A DNA stretch of 64,000 bases from Trypanosoma brucei (Eukaryota). The stretch lies in NCBI GenBank assembly GCA_000002445.1, contig CP000071.1, forward strand, positions 736,001 to 800,000, in the 5' to 3' direction. This document shows, piece by piece, positions 57,686 to 64,000 of this stretch; the first letter of the stretch is position 1; each line of letters begins with the position of its first letter. The notes under the pieces are model-generated. The model searched no databases and was not told where the DNA came from. It worked only from the letters and a program-made list of their open reading frames with translations. A program made the translations under genes and the position numbers.

Positions 57686-57774
57686 GTCGCCGGTCTAGAC
57701 AGGTTTAAATATCTAGGTATACTGATTCACCGCTTGTCCACTCTGTCCTTTGGCTATCTGATCGGAACATTCGG

Positions 57775-58195
57775 TGGGTGCCGGCCTGCGGTCACATAGG
57801 TATAGCGATGTCATAATGTTGAGACACTTTTTCACTGAATTTTGAACCGCTTTAGCACGTGGAACGTAGCACGTTAAATCTGTGCGGCAAACCCCATAAC
57901 AAATGAAAAATACCCGCCGTTCCCATGCATTCGAGAGGAGTTCAATTCTCCATGAGAAAGGGGGGTAATTGCATGGTCCCCCCTCCCCAGTGGACGGGAG
58001 AAAGAGCTTTATGGAGTTAGTCCCTTTGCATCAAGTGAGGCACTGTCCTTTCGGATACCCTGTAGCTGCGGGGTGCGTATGGCAACGGGGACTTCAAAGC
58101 CTGACGTGGCAGGCTGTTTCGACCACTTGCTTGGCTGGTGGGCTTTGGGCTTCTAGGTCACCAGTTCCCCATTGTCTCTCCCTTAACTAGTTTTT
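57775..58195 (+). ncRNA. Candidate Pol III-transcribed small RNA locus (snRNA/7SL-like), with identity and exact ends unresolved
   Basis: The segment is non-coding, non-repetitive and structured. It begins about 95-100 bp downstream of the divergently oriented tRNA-Trp 5' end. It contains an Sm-like RAUUUUGR site at 57847-57855. It has a tRNA T-arm-like hairpin GGAG-TTCAATT-CTCC at 57937-57951. It has a strong hairpin G6-TAATTGCATGGT-C6 at 57960-57983, and it ends in a T11 run at 58185-58195. An internal T5 at 57828-57832 argues against a single transcript from 57775. There may be two units, or the RNA may start near 57905. Confidence 0.25.
58185..58195 (+). terminator. T11 run, a candidate Pol III terminator for the small RNA; it could instead be the start of the polyY region for the downstream gene
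   Basis: The run is ctagttttttttttt. Confidence 0.3.
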
Positions 58196-58340
58196 TTTTT
58201 TGCCTTCATCCTCTTCGTGGTGTTCTTTCCTTCGTGTGGCGTCCGCCGGCGCGTCGTTGGCCACCGTTTTGCCCCGTTACGTTTGCCGTGCTCAGTGTGA
58301 CATCGCTCCGACCTCACGTTCATACACAGTGCGACTTCAT
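58196..58340 (+). promoter_or_regulatory. Pyrimidine-rich region upstream of the NDUFAF7-like gene, a probable trans-splice signal region
   Basis: The region reads gccttcatcctcttcgtggtgttctttccttcgtgtggcgtccgcc... with CT-rich runs and AG dinucleotides before the ATG at 58590. Confidence 0.3.
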
Positions 58341-58589
58341 TATCAACTGTGTCTTTTCTGTTGTCTAGCTCAGCCTCTGGGTGATGGGCGTCTGCAAGCG
58401 CCGCTCTTACCCACCCCTGATTGCTATGTATCTGCGCGGGTGGGGCCACCTTCAACCGCACAGCGACTTTTTTAAATAGGCACTTACATTTACCTACTTC
58501 GTCCCTCTTCTCTTAACATCGTGGGTTGCTTCACCCGGTTTTCGGTTGTTGTTAACACTTGTAACTTTGGATTAGATCGGTAAATATAT

Positions 58590-59876
58590 ATGCTCAGAAG
58601 AGCGGTACCCCGTTTTTTCAGCAGGACGCGTCCGGCCCTTGTGAATTTACATGCAAGCGAGTTGTCGACACCGGATAGGTCAACCGTTAATTCAACCAAC
58701 AGGAAAGAGCTCAAAACGCCCCTTTGCGTCGAGTTGATAAGCAAGATGTCATCACAAGGGTATTTTCCGATGTCACAATTTGTTAAGGAATGTCTAACGC
58801 ACCCTCAACATGGATATTACTCGACGAAGAAAAATGTAATAGGTAGCGAAAAGGCTGATTTTATCACAGCTGCTGAGATACCGTTCTTTGCGGACATTGT
58901 TTCGGCCTGGATAATGGACGTATGGCAGAAGATGGGTACTCCACGGGTTCTTCATCTGGTTGAGCTGGGTCCTGGAAGAGGAACGCTGATGAAGAACATT
59001 CTGAAACAAATAAAATACTCCAACCCCCACTTGCTCCATTTTTTGCAGATTCACCTTGTCGAAGTAGGTGCCGCTCGAACGGACGAGCAAAGGAGTGCGC
59101 TAAGTGAGTTTCAAACTGCCCAAAAGAAGATAAAGTGGTGGATGGGATTAGAGTCCATTCCCTTGACGTTAGAACCCACCGTATATATTGCAAACGAGTA
59201 CTTTGACGCACTGCCGGTAGCACAGTTTCGTTACACAGAGCGTGGATGGGTGGAAACGTGTTTAGAGGTTGACGAAGATCCAGCTCACGAAGCTCATTTT
59301 CGGATGGTACATGCGCCTTCTGGGTCTTTTTCGGCATACCTCATTCCCAACGATGTCCGTGCGAATGGAAAAATTGGTGATTGTATCGAAATAAATGCTG
59401 TTGGAATGCAAACAATGGAGCTCATTATGAAAAAGATGGTGGAGTGCCAAAAATCAGCATGCCTCATCGTGGACTACGGGAAGGATGAGCACATGCACAG
59501 CACACTGAGGGGAATTCGAGGTCACAGATTCGTCGATCCACTTCTTTCTCCTGGAGAAGTCGACCTGTCTTCATGGGTCAGCTTCAAACAGCTACGATGG
59601 TCGATGGAGCGACTGGAGACTGCCAGGCGCCATCTTAAATGGTTTCCCGTTATATCCCAAAGCGAATTTCTCCAGTGGGGTGGGATTGATGTAAGGCTTG
59701 CGCATGTCATAAAGGATGAGGAAACCAAAAGCGCGATGAAAATATTGCAGAACTACCGCAGACTTATGGACAAGAACGAAATGGGGGAAAGCTATAAGGT
59801 GTTTGCTCTACAAACACGAAATTTCCCCAACGTATCGCCCTTTTTTCAAGAAGCCGAGCTTCCCTCTTCGTTGTGA
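58590..59876 (+). CDS. NDUFAF7/MidA-like (DUF185) SAM-dependent methyltransferase, a probable mitochondrial complex-I assembly arginine methyltransferase
   Basis: The N-terminus (MLRRAVPRFFSRTRPALV) looks like a presequence. The SAM-binding motif is LVELGPGRGTLMKNIL. The DUF185-type C-terminal region includes IVDYGKDEH. Confidence 0.7.
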   Translation: MLRRAVPRFFSRTRPALVNLHASELSTPDRSTVNSTNRKELKTPLCVELISKMSSQGYFPMSQFVKECLTHPQHGYYSTKKNVIGSEKADFITAAEIPFFADIVSAWIMDVWQKMGTPRVLHLVELGPGRGTLMKNILKQIKYSNPHLLHFLQIHLVEVGAARTDEQRSALSEFQTAQKKIKWWMGLESIPLTLEPTVYIANEYFDALPVAQFRYTERGWVETCLEVDEDPAHEAHFRMVHAPSGSFSAYLIPNDVRANGKIGDCIEINAVGMQTMELIMKKMVECQKSACLIVDYGKDEHMHSTLRGIRGHRFVDPLLSPGEVDLSSWVSFKQLRWSMERLETARRHLKWFPVISQSEFLQWGGIDVRLAHVIKDEETKSAMKILQNYRRLMDKNEMGESYKVFALQTRNFPNVSPFFQEAELPSSL

Positions 59877-60180
59877 GAAATATGGTGGATACCGAGTAGG
59901 ATCCCCTCTTTTACATTTTTAACGTTCAAATATCGGATCATGAACATGCTGTATTGAGTTATAAAGCAATTAACAGCACTAACGACTTTGCGATGTGTAT
60001 TTCGATGTAAAGAAGTTCTTGCTTCGTATGAGTTTCTGACTTGTAGGGGTGAGCAACATCTCTTGTTTTCTTTCTTTAGCATTTACCGTTTTCAAGACCC
60101 AACCAAGGTATCACAAAATTACTTGTAACCTTTAAATCTCTTCTGTTACTTACATATATCGTCACAAATAATCTAATGAA

Positions 60181-62142
60181 ATGCGGTGGATCCCTGCAGT
60201 TCCACATGTAGCGTTGACCACTGTAAGAAGCGTTTCAAACGCTGAATGCGTTTTAGCCATTAACGGCGCCGGGCTGGGGTTATCGAAGCGGGGGTGCATT
60301 TCCAGCCGCTCACCGATGTTTTCTCAAAGGTGTTTCTATACTGTTGGGAGGGATGGTGCCGTAAAGTACCGCAATGTTGTAGAAAACACCCTTGCTGACA
60401 CCCCCTCCGGGTATATTCAGGATCCCGCTAATTACCCACCGCAAATGGTTACATACAACAAGGTTACACCTGAAGCGCAGGCCACACTTGACGAAATGGA
60501 ACGTGAAAGGGAGTTGATGAATCGTGAGGAGTTAATGTACAAAGGTTGCACAACAAAAGCGATACAGGAGGCCAAGGCAATTATTTTCAAAGGTGATGCT
60601 ACCCAGAAAGAAATTGAATTAGCGTGTGTCACATTACAGAAATCTCTAGAAGAATTGGTTGGACTGCTTGGGAACACTGTAAACAAGGGGTGCTCGGATG
60701 GGGTTGTTTTCCTCGTTCCTGTCAGTAAAAGCGAAGAAGGGGAAAGGTCAAGTGAAGAACACGTTGTAAATATCGATGATTGCAACCACGTACGTTACGT
60801 TATAGCGTTGGGGAAACGGAGATTGGGTGACTTTGACGGTAGTGAACGTATGTGCATGGACATACTTTCTATCGATCATGGGAGCTGCGATGCGTTGGAG
60901 TGTCTCCTGGAAATTTACACCGGGACTGCTCAACCAGTGAAGATTCGTGGTTTGCTTGACCAGCTGGTAAGGTGGAAGACCGAAAAAAATACAGAAGAGC
61001 AGTCTATGGAGGGTAACGCTGCGAAGATTACTACGAAGTTAAAAAATAACCAACTGGAGTTGGTGGAAGTTGCGTTAGTTCTTCTCTCCGACATCATTGT
61101 TGAGGCTGCTTCGCTGTATTATCTTGAACACAAAGAGGGGTCGACATCAAGATATTTCTACGAAGCTATACTCCCAATTTCCCGTGCATTAGGGCGTCAG
61201 TATACGTCATTACTTTTGGGGTCACTGTTCAGATGCTTGGACGAGCAGCACCTTGCCTCCCTACTGAGGGGCGCCACACTCCACGAATCTGAGCACACTA
61301 TGGGTTTAGTTATTAGTTTCCTCAAAATGTTAATGGCATGTAAACTGTTCCAAGAAGTAGATGACCCGTCGAGGTTTGAGTTTCAAATTTTGTCGAAGCT
61401 GCATGCAGCCCTTCGCCTGAGCGGACGAAAACACGAAAGTTATAAGATATGTGAGCGGTTGATACACTTATATCGAGCCAACTCACTGAAATATCGTTTT
61501 TCTATCGGAAACAATGCGAGCGAAGACAACGTTGATCTTCTCGATGACTTAGAATCGGAATACAAAACTGCCCTTTTCCAGTACGTTGAAGATCGCGCGC
61601 TAGACTCGCTCGTTGTCGGGAAACGTCTTTGCATTCAAGCGATTGAAGAATATCCCGCAGAATCAGCACCATGGGAAACGCTTGCGCTCATCATACACAA
61701 GGAGCAACCCGTAAGTGGCCTAGATGATGCTATAGTGGCCGCAAGGAAAGCCTTTTCTTTAGATCCTCTGAATCTGCGGATCATTTTGACACTAGCCAAT
61801 TTTTACAGAGCCCAGGGACGCCACACTCTCTGTCAAGCCATGATTGATCGCTACAAGCTTTTAAAATATTTCATTGAAATCAATGCCAGCGAGGAAGACA
61901 TCAAGGCTACCTTAGATGATATTGAAAAACTCGAGACCGATTATCCTATTGAACGAGAACCAAATCATGTTGTCACACAGTTCGCTGACATGAAGGAGCA
62001 CATGGAACGTATGGAAATGTCACACACGTACTCTATGCCCATTGACAAGGAGCCACGCGTTTTCGGTGCGCAGCCTGTGACAGTGCCTATCCTGGACCCA
62101 TCTATTAATGTCGACCAGCCTGAGCGGCCGAGAGACATGTAA
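60181..62142 (+). CDS. Hypothetical protein (653 aa), helical and repeat-rich, with a possible mitochondrial presequence
   Basis: It has an ATG start and the N-terminus MRWIPAVPHVALTTVRSVSN. The body is alpha-helical and TPR-like by composition. No motif was recognised. Confidence 0.55.
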   Translation: MRWIPAVPHVALTTVRSVSNAECVLAINGAGLGLSKRGCISSRSPMFSQRCFYTVGRDGAVKYRNVVENTLADTPSGYIQDPANYPPQMVTYNKVTPEAQATLDEMERERELMNREELMYKGCTTKAIQEAKAIIFKGDATQKEIELACVTLQKSLEELVGLLGNTVNKGCSDGVVFLVPVSKSEEGERSSEEHVVNIDDCNHVRYVIALGKRRLGDFDGSERMCMDILSIDHGSCDALECLLEIYTGTAQPVKIRGLLDQLVRWKTEKNTEEQSMEGNAAKITTKLKNNQLELVEVALVLLSDIIVEAASLYYLEHKEGSTSRYFYEAILPISRALGRQYTSLLLGSLFRCLDEQHLASLLRGATLHESEHTMGLVISFLKMLMACKLFQEVDDPSRFEFQILSKLHAALRLSGRKHESYKICERLIHLYRANSLKYRFSIGNNASEDNVDLLDDLESEYKTALFQYVEDRALDSLVVGKRLCIQAIEEYPAESAPWETLALIIHKEQPVSGLDDAIVAARKAFSLDPLNLRIILTLANFYRAQGRHTLCQAMIDRYKLLKYFIEINASEEDIKATLDDIEKLETDYPIEREPNHVVTQFADMKEHMERMEMSHTYSMPIDKEPRVFGAQPVTVPILDPSINVDQPERPRDM

Positions 62143-62239
62143 GGTGTTTGGGGTGCACGAAGTTATTTCTTGCTTAGCGTATTAATTTATCGGATGTGAG
62201 CGCCGGTAAGATCTATTATTTTTTTTTTTTTGGAACTGA

Positions 62240-62875
62240 TCAGTGCTTCGCAGCTGCGCTTGCCAGAATGACCAATCTCGACTCATTTAATCTGAACGAC
62301 CACACGCTTAGTGATACATATAGAGAACACCAAGGAACATGGTTTACTAATAAAGCGGGTCCAATTAATCCCAGTGTTGGTATTGACAACATGTGGAAGT
62401 GATAATTACACTTGACTATTCCAAAGGTGAAAAAATCCAACAACGAATTTTCACCGGATGGTTGTGCTTTCACCATCCAAGCAGACCCGTTCGCGTATTC
62501 TATTGATGAACATTGCTTTAACTGGCCGTGATACGTCAGTTGATCTGTAGCATTGTCTGCATTTTTTTTTAGCTGTCGTATATCGGAACTTAGTTTCAGC
62601 ATCGCAAGGGATTGGCTTTCACTTGTCCGGAAATTTTCTTCAATAGATAATGCCGGGGAAGGGCAGGTCGTAACGCCTCCGTCGCCCTTTATGGTGCGAT
62701 TTTTCAGGGGATTGCATACGACATTTTTGCATTCGATTCCACAGAGCCCATTTGCGATATCCTTCTGGGACAAGCTGTTTTGCTGTCCGCGTGTTAACTC
62801 TGAGTTACTGTCGGTGGTAGAGAAGGGATTAACCGAAGATGTTGGGTGGTTAAGCAGGTTAGAATAGCAGTGCAA
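62240..62875 (-). CDS. Possible minus-strand ORF (211 aa) of unknown function
   Basis: It is the only long ORF in the terminal non-repetitive region and is Ser/Asn/Leu-rich. No motif was recognised. Its stop would lie only ~100 bp from the stop of the upstream + gene. It may be a chance ORF in a 3' UTR. Confidence 0.2.
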   Translation of the reverse strand: MHCYSNLLNHPTSSVNPFSTTDSNSELTRGQQNSLSQKDIANGLCGIECKNVVCNPLKNRTIKGDGGVTTCPSPALSIEENFRTSESQSLAMLKLSSDIRQLKKNADNATDQLTYHGQLKQCSSIEYANGSAWMVKAQPSGENSLLDFFTFGIVKCNYHFHMLSIPTLGLIGPALLVNHVPWCSLYVSLSVWSFRLNESRLVILASAAAKH

Positions 62876-64000
62876 AGTGAAGGTTCAGGGAGCTACCAAG
62901 TCTGGCGCCGGGTTATTACAGTTACTGTTTGTTTTCTTCACGGATCAGTAGTTTTTCGCTGAACATATAAGATGTATTGAGGTTACGATATGGTGACTGG
63001 AAATAACTTTTTTGCAATCAGCTATGCATACTTATTCTGTGCACCAACTTGTGTGCGCGTGTCAGTCAAAATATCGGTCCAGTCGCCGTGTGATTTACAC
63101 AAAGCGAAGGACCATGTGTTTGCTGGCAGCCTCGTAGGCTGTAAGTTACGAAGTCGCCGCTGTCGAATATTAATGTGTTTTATTGAAATGTGTGAGCTGA
63201 CTGCTTGCTTAGTCCACTGCACAGTGACTAAGTGAGAGAGCTTAAATGAAACAAAGTAAACACATTTTTGAGCCTATCGGAAATTGTACTGGAGGTTGAT
63301 GCGCACAATCCTATAGGAGCGATATGATTCCCTGCACTTGTTAACTATTATGTGGGTCAAGGCTATCATTATACCGAGGTGTGGTGCATCGCGACTTGTC
63401 GCTGGTTTTCTTTAAATGGCACATGTCCTCCATATATACAAAAAGAGCTCTCCTATTTGCATCGCATGGCTTTCAAATGCTTGCGTTGGTTCCATCTGGC
63501 CGTGAGAGTACTGAAACACCGTCATGGCACCTTTTTATCGAAATTTTTCTGGTATTGGGGTGTCTGAATGAATCGTACGATGACGTTAGGAGTGTTTTCC
63601 GGCGCACAAAAGGGTTCTTAATCTGCCATCGCTATTGGTGGATGGGGTTGTCTACAGGATATTTCTTTCTTCTTGTTCTGAAACCTCTTAATATTATTTT
63701 TATCGTGACTCTGTTGGACTGATTACTAGCGTCCCCAGTCGGGGAGCAGTAGTCTTGTGGACCCAGCTGGCGCACCACTAGGACTTCCGTTTGACTGTAG
63801 CTTTCACCATCCAGGGTAACTCCCTGTTTGCAGTTGCTCTGCCCCCTTCAGACCACGCAGGGGGTCCATCCCTTTAACGATTTGCTTCAGTTTGATTGCA
63901 GATTTTATCTCGTAGTGTTTGCTTGATGGTAGCGCATCCTCATTGGCTTTGTTCGAGAGGGTGGAAGTGTCTACTTCAATAATTAACTCAATTTTGGTAA

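Noticed and set aside
57937-57951. A tRNA T-arm-like hairpin, GGAG-TTCAATT-CTCC.
   Set aside because: No D-arm, anticodon arm or acceptor pairing lies upstream, so it is not a tRNA gene. It is retained as a structural element of the candidate small RNA.
1-64000. A search for CRISPR arrays, operons, IS elements or phage genes.
   Set aside because: The sequence is eukaryotic (kinetoplastid). No direct-repeat and spacer arrays or transposase ORFs were seen.

Overview
This window looks like a nuclear chromosomal segment from a kinetoplastid, most likely Trypanosoma brucei or a close relative. The evidence is GC-rich intron-less ORFs separated by polypyrimidine, (TA)n and (TG)n low-complexity spacers. 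Almost every convincing gene, about 23 CDS, lies on the + strand, so this reads as one long polycistronic Pol II unit. Each gene would be resolved by trans-splicing and polyadenylation. Recognisable products include AMP-forming acetyl-CoA synthetase, an SCP2-type thiolase, a PRI1-like archaeo-eukaryotic primase of viral (NCLDV) type, a Dim1 homologue, a BING4/Utp7 WD40 protein, cobalamin-independent methionine synthase (MetE), a kinesin, the E1 ubiquitin-activating enzyme, an MBL-fold hydrolase, a giant kelch-repeat protein, an NDUFAF7/DUF185 methyltransferase, an FtsJ methyltransferase, a SET-domain protein, a steroid-5-alpha-reductase-family protein, a twin-Cx9C (CHCH) small protein and several hypothetical proteins. 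The directional array is interrupted at about 54.8-58.6 kb by a 3.7-kb non-coding interval. That interval holds a convergent pair of Pol III genes, tRNA-Asn(GTT) on + and tRNA-Trp(CCA) on -, each followed by a T-run. Next to them is a structured, non-repetitive segment that ends in a T11 run. Its geometry, about 100 bp downstream of a divergent tRNA, matches the known trypanosomatid small-RNA (snRNA/7SL) promoter arrangement, but I could not confirm its identity. The ORF track uses TTG/GTG pseudo-starts in many places; I moved starts to the first in-frame ATG. No CRISPR arrays, no prokaryotic-style operons and no clear mobile elements were found. The last ~1.9 kb is ORF-poor on + and may be the approach to a convergent strand switch.
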